Shown here in pieces: positions 13,208 through 27,639 of a DNA stretch of 64,000 bases (position 1 is the stretch's first letter; each line of letters starts with the position of its first letter). Location: the NCBI RefSeq assembly GCF_004010195.1, contig NC_057710.1, positions 91,581,928 through 91,645,927 on the forward strand. The letters run 5' to 3'. Below the pieces are notes generated by a model. That model saw nothing but the letters and a program-made list of their open reading frames with translations, had not been told where the DNA came from and searched no databases. The position numbers and the translations under genes are program-made. Origin of the DNA: Chiloscyllium plagiosum (lineage: Eukaryota).

Positions 13208-14505
13208 AATCAGGGATGGCAGAGTGGATTCCCAATGCTGGAAGGCCAATAGGAAGCTTTCGCTCATTCAAGGCCTTACCAATGTGAAGATGCAGACAAT
13301 CAGGGACAAGTGCAGCTAGGAATTATTTTCGTTTTTATAATTCACAGCTTCTGTCCATGATCTTGGGGATATCCAAGTTGTTATGGAAACAGAACCTTAA
13401 TTAAATCAAATTTGCCTTCACTGCTGACCCAACTGCATGCTGCCTTCTTTTGAAATAGTTTGGAATAGGGATCATGGGACAGTACAGATCAGGAGGCCCG
13501 TGACAAAAAAAATTATGTTTATCTTTAATTTAGACCTTTTAAAAACAAATCCAGTTTCAGTAATCACATCCTGCCAATTTTGAATATATGTTCGTTATCT
13601 GTACTCTCCAATTCTTAACCAATTCCCTATCCAAGCCAGTAGGATTCCTTTAATTCATGTGGATTTATTTAAGTCTTTTTTGTGAAATTTGTCGAATCTT
13701 TTGCAAATGCACATATTTATCATCCACACCCAAATGTTAGTTACCAAATCAAAAATGAAATAGGTTTCTTAGATATCATGCAACAGTTACAGATCCATGT
13801 TAGCTCTACAATTGGTTTGTGTTTGTTCAAGTGCTCAGTCCTTAATAATTGATGCTAGTAGCTTCCACACAATAGACTAATTGCCTGTAATTTCCCTTTT
13901 TATCTCTCTGACATTTCTTAAATAGTGGACTTAGGTCGGCAATTTTACTATCTGAGGGGACAATTCTTGAATAGAGAAATTTATTTGTATCTCAGGTCTC
14001 TCTGTTCATCTACATCCTTTACAGTTTACTAATTGAATGTTATCTTGCATTCCTTGTCTTTTTATTGAAAAATATTGACTCATTAAATTGCATCTGCCAT
14101 CCATCTTTCTGTTCTGCTGAGCTATGGGAGGTTTCAACTGGATAAATAATGAAAATGCAGCAGATACAAAAAGCTTTCCTTAAGTAGCTGAATAATGTTT
14201 CTTACAATGTTTGTAAGAAGTCAAGCGTATGAGAGGAACGATATTAGCATAGAGAGGTAGTTGGAAGATAGACAAGAAATAAAGGTAAAGACTTAAGCTT
14301 TGGAGGTAACAAACTGAACAGGCTTCCACACTTGGCCTAATTCTGTTGTTCATTTAAACAGATTTAGAGATGACAGAAATCCAGAAGAATGAAGACAGGT
14401 TGAAGAGTATGATTTTCACACAGTATTGATAGAATATGGAAGGATAACAGGATATTTTTCAAGTCACTATTGAGACAAAGACTGTCACATTATAAAATAA
14501 TTTTT

Positions 14506-16022
14506 TAGAGTCATAGGGTCATACAGCACAGAAACGGACCCTTCAGTCCAACCAGTTGATGCCCACTGTAATCCCAAACTAAACTAGTCCCACCTGCCTG
14601 CTCCTGGCCCAGATCTCTCCAATCCTTTCCCATTCATGTACTTATCTAAACATCTTCTAAACTCTGTAATTGTACCCACATCCACCACTTCCTCTGGAAG
14701 TTCATTCCACACACAAATCACCCTCTGTGTAAAACATTTTGCCCTCATGTCTTTTTTAAATCTCACTCTGCTCACCTTAAAAAATGTTCCTCCTAGTCTT
14801 GAAAGCCTCCATCCTAGCGAAAAGGCAACTACCATTAGCTCTATCTTAGTCATATAATTGTCTATAAGGTTGCCTCTCAACCCCCTATGCTCCAGTGAAA
14901 AAAGTCTCAGCCTATTGAGCCTTTCTTTATAATTCAAACCTTCCATACCCAGCATAGAGTTATAGAGATGTACAGCATGGAAACAGACCCTTCAGTCCAA
15001 CTTGTCCATGTTGACCAGATATCCTAACCTAATCATTTCCATTTGCCAGTACTTAGCCCATACCCCTCTAAACCCTGCCTATTCATATACACACCCAGAT
15101 GCCTTTTAAATATTGCAATTGTACCAGCCTCCACCACTTCCTCTGGCAGCTCATTCCATACACGAACCACCCTCTGCGTGAAAACGTTGCCCTTTAGATC
15201 TTTTCTATATCTTTCCCCTCTCACCCTATACCCTCTAGTTCTGGACTCCCCCACCCCAGGGAAAAGACTTTGTCTATTTATCCTATCCATGCATTTCATG
15301 GTTTTATAAACCTCTATAAGGTGACCCCTCATCCTCTGCTGCTCCAGGAAAAACAGCTCTAGCCTATTCAGCTTCTCCCTGTAGCTCAAATCTTCCCACC
15401 TTGGCAACATCCTTGTAAATCTTTTCTGAACTCTTTCATGTTCCAGACATCCTTCCTCTCTCCAGCTTAATGATATTCTTCCTATAACAGTGTGACCAAA
15501 ACTGGGCACAGTATTCTAGAAAAGGCCTCACCAATGTCCTGTGCAACCTCAACATGACGTCCCAACTCCTATGCTCAAAATGACTGAGCAATGAAGTCAA
15601 GTGTACCAAACGCTTTTTTAACCATCCAGTCTGCTCCTTGGATGCTGCCTGACCAGCTGCGCTTTTCCAGCAACACATTTTCAGTCTATATCTGAGGCAA
15701 ACTTCAAAGAATTACATACCTGAACTCCTGGGTCCCTCTGTTCTACAACACGACCCAAGACCCTAACATTAATTCTATAAGCCTACCCTTGTTTGTTGTA
15801 CTAAAATGCAATACCTAGCATTTATCCAGATTGAACTCTATCCGTCATTTTTCAGCCCATTGACCCAGCTCATCGAGATCCCTTTGTAATCTTCTTCACA
15901 GTCTACTATTCTGTCGTCCACAAACTTACGAACCATGCCTTTTTTATCCAAATCATGAATATAAATGGCAAACAAGAAAGGACCCACAACTAATCCCTGT
16001 GGAAACTCACTGGTGACAGGCC
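14506..16022 (-). mobile_element. Stacked CR1 3' fragments, with a small Penelope-like tail at ~15630-15685
   Basis: ORFs 14584-14955 and 15033-15509 encode CR1 ORF2 C-termini ([20 protein letters not shown]). Confidence 0.92.
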
Positions 16023-16740
16023 CTTCTAAAATGGTTTAAATACATGGAAAGGTACATGGAAAAGGTAGCAACATAAGGTTGAGAGAAATTAGCTCCAGCT
16101 GAGCAGTTGGACTAGGTTCCAGCACAATCAGCTGAATAATCTCTCTGCTGTACTCTTTGGATTCAAATTCATTCTGTGTCTGTCTTCATGAGTCTTGTAT
16201 TTTTCAAGTTTTTAAACCTCGGTGGCCCTTTCAGATGAATTCTTGATTTAATTCCTTTATTCAGTTCTTGGTGGAATTTTCAACTATAGGTGCTGACTAT
16301 TCATCTTGATTTATCAGTTTAAAATTAAATTGGTGTTTGCTGACACAAATTGAATTAAAAATTTATTGACCATTAAAAATCCTCATTCTCCTGTTTACGA
16401 ACATCTTGTAGAGTTATAAAAGGACTGTTGTGTTGAGGAAGAGAACCAAATTACTGTAACCAAAATTGATACAAAATATAGTCAGCAATATTGTTCTAGT
16501 TCAACTCTTGACATGAAAATAACATTCGCCAAAATCAAAGTTTTTTGCTCATTCTGCTAATGGTCCACTATTTTGCCTGCTAGCAAGGTAATCTCCAGCA
16601 GTTTGCTCATAACAATTGCTTTCTGAACTTTTACGGCAATGGAATAGATCTTCAACTTGATGCCACTCATTACAGGATTTAATTTTTATTGAAAGGACCA
16701 TTTCAGTAACACTGGCTAATATACAACATGCAGTCTTTCG

Positions 16741-17041
16741 ATTAGATTCCCTATAGTGTGGAAACAGGCCCTCAGCCCAACAAGTCCACACTGACCGTCC
16801 AAAGAGTATCCCACCCAGACTCATTTCCCCCGACTAATGCTTCGAACATTATGGCCGATTCACCCGACCTGCACGTCTTTTTGAACGTGGGTGGGGGTAA
16901 AACCAGAGCACATGGAGGAAACCCACACAGACACAGGGAGAATGTGCAAACTCCACACAGATAGACACCCAAGGCTGGAATTGAACCCAGATCCCTAGCA
17001 CTGTGAGGCAGGAGTGCTAACCACTAAGCCACCATACCACC
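16741..17041 (-). mobile_element. HE1-type SINE
   Basis: Tail attagattccctatagtgtggaaacaggcc, central ggaggaaacccacacagacacagggagaatgtgcaaactccacac, tRNA-like head. Confidence 0.88.
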
Positions 17042-17784
17042 CTATTTTGGGCTCCATACAAAATTCATTGGAAATGTAAAGTTTTCTCTCTTATATTGCT
17101 GAGTGGTGTTGGCAATGTGAATATTGCATTGGTGGTGCTAACAGCAAATCATTAAAGCAAAAAAAATTAGCAATCATTATCAGTGCTTTATGTTCAGTCC
17201 ACGTAGGGGGAGTGTAACAAATGAATTGGAAATTTGAAATCAGGTTCATTAAATTGGATTTCAATTGTTTTGATTGACTTCCTGCTTACAATGGAAAGCA
17301 CTAACATTGTCACATCACTGCAACATCAATACACAAATCTATGTAATTTCCTGTATTTGAATATAATGACTGCAATAATAAGTAATAAAGTGAATTTTCT
17401 GAATGCATAAATAAACAACAATTATTTCAATAACTATTTAATTGATAAATGTAATTTAAAAAAGACATACTTGCATTTCACAGTTACTTTTACACCTTTT
17501 AACCCTGAAACTTGCATCTGCAGTTCAGACAATAGGTTTCATTGCCATTTATAATATCTGTTCTATCCCTTTGTATAATTGTTTATTTCCTGCAGTAAAT
17601 TCTTGCAGAGCTTTTGCTATTTCTTAGATTTATGTTTAAGACAGAGATACTGCCATGACAAAATAGCCTTGATCATCTTATCTGTGCTTACTGCTAACAG
17701 AGCTCCATATATAATTTGTTACCGTATCCTGCAGATTAGCAGTGACCAGAAATTGGACGAGCCAAATATATATTATATATGTGT

Positions 17785-18395
17785 ATAATGGCTGCAAGGG
17801 CAGGTCAGAGGCTAGGAATACAGCAGTAAATGACTCATCTCCTGACGCCTAACCTAAAGCCTAACCATCATCTACAAGGCACCAGTCAGGAGTGTGATGG
17901 AATACTCCTCACTTGTCTGAATGAGTGCAGCCCCAACAACACTCAAGAAGCTTGACATCATCCAGAGCAAAGCAGCCTGGTTGATTGGCACCACCCCCGC
18001 AGCATCCACTCCCTCTACCACCGATGTTCAGTTGCAGCAGTATATACTATTGACAAGAAGCACTACAGAAATACACCAGAGATCATTGTCATTTTCCAAA
18101 CACATGACCCCGACCATCTCGAAGGACAAAGGCAGCTAATACAAGGGAACACTATCACCTTCAAGTTCCCCCCCAGAGAACTTGGAATTATATCACTATT
18201 CCAGTGTTGTTAGGACTAAATCTTGGAAAAAAAACCCACGTCTACCCTTAATGGCATTGTTGGTCTACCTACAGCATATGGACTGCAAGGATTCGGAAGG
18301 CAGCTCACCACCATCTTCTCAAGGGCAACTACGGACGGGCAATCAATGCTGGGCCAGCCAATGATACTCACATTCCACAAGTGAATACAAAATTA
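17785..18395 (+). mobile_element. Old non-LTR retrotransposon 3' end (same family as 7140-8310)
   Basis: IYKAPVRSVMEYSSLV*MSAAPTTLKKLDIIQSKAAWLIG. Confidence 0.8.
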
Positions 18396-19269
18396 TCCAT
18401 TATATCTGATGGGATATAATTACTGTTAAACGTTTCTACAGTAATAACCAGTGAATTGCTTCACAAAGATATTAATTGATGAAATAAAATATTGCAAGAA
18501 AGAGAATTCATGGGAGAAAAATGCTGTATTTTAGGATTAGTGCTAAGATGTAACTTTCTGGAACTTCTGCCACCAAGCCACAGAAAACATGCAGGAAATG
18601 TTAGGACACAAATCATGTACCCAGCCACTGAGGAGGCCACACAATGCAGCAACAGAGTACCTGAGCAGTCAGAGATCAAGACTGGATTCCTCCCTTCTGA
18701 AAAAGTTTAAGAAAATATGTTATTGATTATCTTTCTGAGGAGTCCATGTTTTTTTAAAAGTACTACTTGGCAGAAATGCTTGGCAGTTTAATCCAAGGCT
18801 TGCAAACATCCTTTGGTGATCAGATGCCTCTCTAATGTCACAAATACTGGAACTCGGGCTTTGGCCTTGCTCAGTTATGCACAAGTGGACTTATCAGGTG
18901 CAGGTAGAAGCTTTTCCTGGGCTTCTGGTTTTACCAGAACGAACCCCTTCCCTATTGACGAACCCCTTCCCTATTGTGACCTCATACAACAAGGGACCTC
19001 TTCCCCAATTGTGACCTCATACAACAAGGGAACTGGGCAATTCAAAGCCAAGAACAGTTTTATCAAAGTCTCAGTCCAACCTGCTAATGTTTCTCACATA
19101 ATCACAATGGAAATATTACAAAATCAAGAGCCCTGGATCTTCTACCACTTTAAAAAAATGCTTTAAACCTTTTCAGCTTTGAGAAGAGATTATATCCTTC
19201 CAAGATACCCTGGTTCACACCTCAGTCACCTCCCTTTCTTATGACACCTTTCCATAAGAGCATAAGGGA

Positions 19270-20010
19270 TATAAGATCTGTCTTCTCACCATCCAAGGCT
19301 TCACACATTCAGTGAATCAATGATTTATTTATATCTCTTTCAAATTAGTCTGTAGTATTTCTAGCTGATGATGTGATCTCCTCTACACTGGGGAAACCAA
19401 GCACAGACTTGAAGACTGCTTTGCAGTACATCTTTGTTTAATCTGCAGGCACGAGTCTAAGCTTCCATTTACTTGTCATTTCAATTATCTGCCTTGCTTG
19501 AACTCTGAGATTTCTGGCCTTGACATGCCTCGTTGTTCCAATGCTTGAGGAACAGCATTTCATCTTTCGACTCAGCACTTTACAGCCTTCTGGACTCAAT
19601 ATTGAATTGAGCTATTTTGAATCATAACCTTTGTCTGTATTGGCTTTTGCTTTTTCTCTCCCTCTAGTTTCTTTGCAAACCCCTCGACTTTGCATCCAGA
19701 GAGCTGCTCTCCTACAATTTGCAACTTAGTTGGACATGTTTTATTTGCTTTCATGTACTATCCCTATTCTTCTCATTTTCTACCATGGCATACATTGCTA
19801 TTTATTCTCTCCATCCTAATCACAGATGTTTCTTTTCATCTGCATTTCCTCCAACACTCCCTCTGTCAGTTGCTCAAAATGTAGCACATTTCTAACTTCT
19901 GATGAAAGGTCGCAAACTCTTTTTTTCACTCTTTAGTAATGTGTCCAGACTTTCTGGTATGACCAAAACTTTCCACTTCTGTTTCAGATTTCCAGCATCC
20001 AATTCTTTTT
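19270..20010 (+). mobile_element. Decayed Penelope-like element (GIY-YIG endonuclease remnant and terminal repeat)
   Basis: CDLLYTGETKHRLEDCFAVHL at ~19372-19435; LEEQHFIFRLSTLQPSGLNIE at ~19545-19610; partial hammerhead ctgatgaaaggtc at 19899. Confidence 0.75.
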
Positions 20011-20659
20011 GCTTCTTTGGGGTGATCATACTTTATAGGCAAATAGATAAAACTGTCTGTCATTCAGAGACATTGTTCTTTTTCTGAACAGGATTTATAT
20101 TTGTATTGTGCATATAAAAGAATGGATAACTTTATCACACATTTTAAGTAAACAGATCTATTTCAAGCATTGCTTTATTCATTTTTAGTACCAAAGATGT
20201 GTAACAGAGATAATAGCCGACATTTCTACAGTTTCTAATTAGAAAAAGTCAGAAGTCTAATTCTGTTAACCAAGGATGGCTGAATAAATTCTGATGAATA
20301 CGACAAGAAATGTCATTGACAATTGTGGTAAATCAAATTGACCCCTTTTTGCCAATAACTATAGCAAACGCTCATAATGTTATGAATTATAATTACAAAA
20401 GCATTATGGCAATATAATGATGGACATGTTTGTAATGTTTATTATGATAATTGTTTGGATCAAAGTAGCATGATAGTATGCAAGGATGTGTGTAAAATGT
20501 GGGAGATTGGCACGAGGCAATGATGGTTCGTTCAGTGCAGGCATGATGTGCCAAATAGCTCCCTCTGCACCTTAACACTTCTGTGATTATTTGTTAATTG
20601 CAATTATGACATTGTTATTAGTCACATGCTACTTTCACAATGTTTTTAAAATGTTATTT

Positions 20660-23250
20660 CATGAGATGTGGGCATCAGAATTTGTTGCCCTACCATAGTT
20701 GAGCTGGAACGTGGCAGTGAGCTCCAGTCCAGCTGGTGTAGGTGCACGCGTAGCTGTGAAGGAGGGAGTTCGGGTTTTGACCAAACGACAGTGAAGGAAC
20801 AGTGATGTACTTCTGAGTCAGGATGGTGTGTAACTTGGAAGGGAAGTTGCAGATGGTGCTGTCTCCATCTATCAGCTGCCTTTGCCCGAGGAGTTAGAGG
20901 TCACAATTTTGAAAGGTCTTATTAGATGAGTGGATTTCTGTAGAGCATCTTGGAGATGGTACACTGCTACTACTGTGCATTGGAAGTAACTTGTTCCTTT
21001 GGCAGCGAATTACTTGCCTCTGAATTCCCAGCCTCTGATATGTTCTTGTAGTCTCAGAATTTTTATGGTTGGTTCATTTCAGCTTTTGGCCAATGGTAAT
21101 GACTCAGGCCTTCCGGTTGAAGATGGTTATAACTATTTCAGTCTCGTCTTTTGTATGGATTTGCTGGGCACCTCCATCATTGAGGATAGAGATTGTTATG
21201 GAGTTGCCACCTCCTGTTAGCTGTTTAATTGTCTACTAACATTCACCCCTGCATATGGCAGGAATACAGAGCTAAAATCTGATCTGTTGGTTGGAAAATT
21301 TCTTATTGATTAACAGAATTAGGCTTTTGACCTTTACTCTATCTCTTGGCATACAAGTTGTTGTAGCTTTGTTGTAGCTTCACCAGTTGACACCTCAGTT
21401 TTAAGTATGCTTGATGCTGCTCCTGGCAATCCTTCCTGTATACTTCCTTGAACCAGGAATTGACCTCCCAGCTTGATAGTAGTAATAGAAACGGATGTAT
21501 ACAAGACCATGAGGTTAAGGGTTGTAGTTGAACACAGTGTTTTTGTTGTTGACCCACAGCCCCTCATGGATGGACAGTCTTGAGTTGCTCTATGTATTCT
21601 GACTCTACCCATTTAGCATGGTGGTAGTGCCACATAACACAGCATAGGGTAAGCTTAGTGTGAAGATGGATTGTGCTGATCTTTCCAACCTATTCTGTGG
21701 TTCTTACCGATTTTGTCAAGGACAAATGAATCTATGACAGTTAGTTTGATGAGGACAAGGTCTGGTAGGCTTTTTTGATCCTCAAATTTGTTCCCTCATC
21801 ACCTGTCTCAGATGATTCAGCCATTCTGGTCAATAGTGGGGGTGCAGCAAAGGTTTACCAGATTGATTCTGGGGATGGTAGAATGGACATATGAGAAGAG
21901 TTTGGATTTCTTGGTCCTCTGCTCATTGAAATGAGAGGGGATTTCTTTGAAATGTCTAAAATTCTGACTGGGCTGGATAGACTAGATGCAGGAGCAATGT
22001 TTTCCCAGGTTTAGAACAACTGGTCACAATCTCAGTGGTAGTCAGCCATTTTGAACTGGGTTGAGGAGAAATATTTTCACTCAGAGAATGGTGAACACGT
22101 GAAATTCTTTACCACATCTGGTCACAGAGCCCAAATGATTGAATATATATTTTTCAAAATATACATATTTCTAGAGGCAAAAGGTATCAGGGGTTATGGG
22201 GTTGTGATGGGATTATGACTTTCAGATAGAAGAGCAGACATGATCCTGTTGATGAGTCAGAGTGGCCCACTCCTGCTCCTAATTGCTATATTTTTATGGT
22301 TCCACCATTTTGACAATGGATATTGTCATCTGATCAAAGTACATTCTATGCCTTGTCGCCCTCAGTACTTCCTCCAAGATTCATCAGATGAGGGAATGTA
22401 TTCAGTAATAATCAGTAGGAAGTTTCCTTGTCCATGACAAAGGTGAAGTTATGAGATTTCATGGGGTCCAGAGTCAGTCTTAATGACTCCCAAGGCAACT
22501 CCTTCCAAGTTGCATTCGAACTTGCCACCTCCTCCATTTGAGTCTGTCCTCCCAACTGTATGGGATTTATGCAGGAATTATGATATTGGAACCTGGGATA
22601 TTGGCTGTAAGGTATTATTGATTCTGTCAATATGCCGATGATCTGGATTTCGTTCCTAGGTTGGGAGTGTAGACTGCAAATCCAAACTGTAAGAAATTGC
22701 CTTGAGAGTTGGGATTTCCATTGCGGAGAGGCCAGTTTCTCAGGGAGTCTGACTGAGGGACTCCAGATGGGTACAGAGGCTACCAAGTGTGGGGCTCGGC
22801 TGGTTTTTGGCCCCTTCTGCCACTATCCCAGCAACAGAAAAACTCTACATCATTTTGATAATCCAGGCCTAAGGTAGACTGCTGCCTTAATTACCCTGTA
22901 GGACACCTTTCCCAATTTTGACAAAAGCCTTCAGCTATTAGTAAGGATGACTTTGCAGTGCTGAGTGTGCCATTGCCATTTTGTAAGGCAATCCTTCTCG
23001 TTTTATTCCTTTTAGTGTTATCCACAATAGCATAACTCAGTAGCTCAGTTAGGGCCATTTCAGAAGTCAGTTATGAGTCAGTCATGCTGCTGTGCATCTA
23101 GAGTCACATGTAGCCCAGACAAGATAAGGGCAACATGCTTCTTTACCAAAATGATATTAATAAACCAGATAGAAGTTTACCACAATCGCTGATCGATTCG
23201 TGGCGCCTTTATTAAGACTTGCTTTCAATTTCACATGCTTATTACTCAAT
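20660..23250 (-). mobile_element. Decayed copy of the second LINE family, with a + strand CR1 3' fragment nested at ~21838-22300
   Basis: Reverse complement resembles 7140-8310 and 62600-63650; the nested part has CR1 motifs (aggtttaccagattgattctgggg, ttcactcagagaatggtg). Confidence 0.6.
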
Positions 23251-23840
23251 TGAATTTTTAATTAGTTAATTGAATATGAATTCATTTGAAGTTTTGTCTG
23301 CAGAGCATTCACCTGTAGTTTACCTGTTGAGTGACATTACTTACATACCAAAAAACGGAATCAAATTTACATCAAGAAACCAGAATGCGTAGAATTGTTG
23401 TAATCTTTAATGTTTAAGGTATTATAATGTTGATTACTATTTGCAAGATTAATAAATGGACAGAATAAATAAGTTAAAGGAAAACAGTTGTTCGCTGTTC
23501 ACTATAATTCTGATCAAAAACATTATGGAGGGATTTTCAGAACTGTTTAACAATGCTGAAGTTTCAAAAGTGATGTAACTATTATATTTGAATTATACCA
23601 ACAGTGACATATAATGTTGTTGAGTAGAAGATTCCTATTTTCAAGCTGCACTCCCATATTCTTACTATCTAAATAAGATCATCTTTCTTTAATTTGAAGA
23701 ATGGTTTCTTAAGGTGTTATCAGAAAACAGAAAGAAACTAGCATTTGATCTTGATTTCCCATCATGTGGTGAAAATATTACTGCATACATACTTTACTAA
23801 TGAGATGTATCTACTGTTCTGATAAACTGATTGATGTTAA

Positions 23841-24065
<225 letters not shown>

Positions 24066-25401
24066 TAAAATGTTCAATATTTAAAAGCTGCAAATATTCT
24101 TTCTGCAACTCAGCTAATGTCCAATGTCCCTACCCCAAAACTAGTGTTAATGAAGAGGTACATATGATAGAGAGAAAAAAAACTTTTAAATAACTAAAAT
24201 TTTGGATTGTTTCAACAGTCTTTTAACTGCAGTACAGGCCATTGCCATAGCCCTGAAAATGGTACGAATTATGTTTACTCACTATTAGCTCATAATTGCA
24301 ATTATTTGTGGACGAAACTGATGAACACTATGGGTAGAAACTTAACTGTGGCCATGCGTGGCATTCCAATGGTGGAACTGGAAGTGTGCGTCATTTCTGC
24401 TCTCTACCTTTTTCTTCATTTCCTTGCCATTACAATGAGAATTTAAAACGCCAGTGGCGTGTGTGTGAGACACATGTGACTATTAGCAGGAAAGCTTTAT
24501 AGTGCAGAAACTTGTTATCAACTAATAATGCAACATGAATGTGAGGACTTTAAAAGAGGGTCCTGAACAAACAGGGAGACTGTGCATCATGGCCCAATCT
24601 CTCCTGTCCAATTGCATTACCATTGCTGAAGATTCTTTGGCAGCAAGAAGCTGGTATATGTGTTTAATAAATTTAAATGTTACTTGCAATTAATACACTT
24701 TATGTTGGTTTTACTTTATTCATATGAGCATTATCATTATTTGTTGAAACTAACTTAGTCAAAGAACTAAATATACAACATGCCTTATGGTTGGCACACA
24801 GTATTGGTGAAAGGGGAGCTAGAGACATTCCTTTGCTGTGGAAGAAACATTGGTATCTTTTGCATTTACTCTTTTATTGAATATGTATATTAATGTTCAG
24901 TGTTGCATTTACCACTCTGAGACACAGCTGAGCTTGTTGATTCAGCTGACTTGCTTCCTTACATTGTAAAGAAAATTATTGGAGGTTGCTCTTAGTAGGA
25001 AGAGTTGAAATATTATTGATGAATTCGAAGCTTGTAAGGACTCTTCCAGGCAAAAGCCTGAAATGGACACACATTTCAACATGACTGAATCAGCCCTTTA
25101 AGTCCCTCCTTTTCTTATCTTTCCTCAACCCACCTCCACTCCCAACCTTTGTGTTTCCTCAGATCCCTCTTCTACACCCCCCAACTTCCTCCACAATCCC
25201 TTCACAGCTGACTCACCTTGTTGGTCCTGAGCCTTGGTGTCAGCTGCCATGCTCCTGCTCCCTCCCCTTGTCTCTCAGAGTCCAACCAAACAAATCACTC
25301 GTCTCAGACAAACTGTGCTAAACTGTTGTATGAAAGCTTTAAATGGATGTGAATAAGCTTCTCATGTGTGGCTTTATCCGGAAGTTGGGGCATCATTATA
25401 A

Positions 25402-26235
25402 CATAGAACATAGAAATGTATAGCACAGAACAGGCCCTTTGGCCCATGATGTTATGCCGCGGTTTAATCCTAATGTAAAATATAATAACTTAACTTACGC
25501 ACTCCTCAATTCACTGCTATCCATGTGCATGTCTAGCAGTCGCTTAAATGTCCCCAATGACTCTGCTTCCACCACCACAGCTGGGAATGCATTCCATGCA
25601 TTCACAACTCTCTGCGTAAAGAACCTATCTCTGATGTCTTCTTTATACCTTCCTCCTAATATCTTCAAACTATGACTCCTCATACCAGTCAATCCTGCCC
25701 TGGGGAAAAGTCTCTGGCTATTGACTCTATCTATTCCACTCATTATCTTGTATACCTCGATCAGGTCTCCTCTCTTCCTCCTTCTCTCCAGAGAGAAAAG
25801 TCCGAGCTTATTCAACCTTTCTTCATAAGGCAAGCCCTCCAGTCCAGGCAGCATCCTGGTAACCCTTCTTTGCACCCTCTTCAAAGCCTCTGTATCTTTC
25901 CTATAGTAGGGTGACCAGAACTGGACACAGTATTCCAAGTGTGGTCTCACCAAGGACTTGTAGAGCTGCAGCAAAACCTCGCGGCTCTTAAACTTGATCC
26001 CTCTGTTAATGAAAGCCAAAACACCAGATGCTTTCTTGACAACCCTATCCACTTGGGTTGCAACTTTGAGGGATCTATGTACTTGCACACCCAGATCCCT
26101 CTGTTCCTCCACACTGCCAAGAATCCTGTCTTTAATCCTTTATTCAGCATTCGAGTTCGGCCTTCCAAAATGCATCACTTCGCATTTATCCAGGTTGAAC
26201 TCCATCTGCCATTTTTTAGCCCAGCTCTGCAGCCT
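25402..26235 (-). mobile_element. Young 5'-truncated CR1 (HER1-like) LINE
   Basis: Uninterrupted 205-aa ORF2 C-terminus (25495-26112: EEQRDLGVQVH...[15 protein letters not shown]...); tail (ttctatg)n. Confidence 0.95.
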
Positions 26236-26249
26236 GCCTCATGTCGCGC

Positions 26250-26712
26250 ATAGAACATAGAACATTACAGTGCAGTACAGGCCCTTCGGCCCTCGATGTT
26301 GCGCCGACCTGTCATACCAATCTGAAGCCCGTCTAACCTACACTATTCCATGTACATCCATATGCTTGTCCAATGACGACTTAAATGTACTTAAAGTTGG
26401 CGAATCTACTACCGTTACAGGCAAAGCATTCCATACCCTTACGACTCTCTGAGTAAAGAAACTGTCTCTGACATCTGTCCTATATCTATCACCCCTCAAT
26501 TAAAAGCTATGCCCCCTCGTGCTCACCGTCACCATACTTGGAAAAAGGCTCTCCCTGCCCACCCTATCTAAGCCTCTGATTATCTTATATGTCTCTATTA
26601 AGTCACCTCTCAACCTTCTTCTCTTTAACGAAAACAGCCTCAAGTCCCTCAGCCTTACCTCGTAAGACCTTCCCTCCATACCAGGCAACATCCTAGTAAA
26701 TCTTCTCTGCTC
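26250..26712 (-). mobile_element. Young 5'-truncated CR1 LINE
   Basis: ORF 26500-26691; near-identical to the reverse complement of 35500-35957. Confidence 0.93.
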
Positions 26713-27639
26713 CCTGCGTGTTCAAGGACTGTAAATATGTTACAAGAAAGAAAGTGCTGATAGATATCATGAAGCCCAAACTGATGCAAACTAACTGCTG
26801 AGGTAATCTTTAAATTTGAAGGCTCTATTAGGAAAACAGCTGATGTCAGTCACCCTGTCACAGTCATCGCATGTCCCACTCTTGCAGACCCCATTAAATC
26901 ACTGCTATGTCCTAATCAGTATAGAGACAAGGAAGATTCAGAGCAGTAGAAAAGACATTGTAGCTAAGCAGCTCTATGCACCCATCTCTCAAATGTAGAC
27001 CTTTCATTCCTTCTATTCATCCTTCTAAACCTGTAGTCTAGAAATTGTTCTGACAGCTCTGAGAGCTAAGGCCCAGTATGCTCTTCAGCAAGAATTCAAC
27101 TGTTGCAGTTAGATAGGCATTGTCCACCTTTTGTGAATAAAGACAGAAAAAATGCTCAAAACTGTTGATATGTTTTTGTCAAATGCAGTCAAAACTCTTT
27201 AAGCACCTAACCCCCTCCAGGGCCAAGCCAAGCAGTAACTTTGCTGAATATGCTGTCAGAGGTGGCATTTAAATAAGCCAATTGCTGCTATTCCTATTGC
27301 CACTGGCCCTCACACCCACGCTCCTCCTAATCCACCAAATACCTGACTCTAATGTTGGATGCGATCTGGGGATCCAGTTACCTCAGGACCGACATGAAGT
27401 TAGCAGGAGTCTGAGCTCTGACTCACCGACAGCTGCTTTACTTATGTCAGCACTGTTCAGTCCTGAGCTCCTTTTTAAAATTGTACCATTTAGATTTCCT
27501 GCCCCTGCATTCATTTCATAAAATAAATTGTACCACACTCTCATGTTTAATTTCACTTGCCATGTGCCTTCCAATTGCACCATTCTGTGCATGTCCTTCT
27601 GAAGCTTGTTAGTATCCTTCTAACTATTCTCACGTCTCT

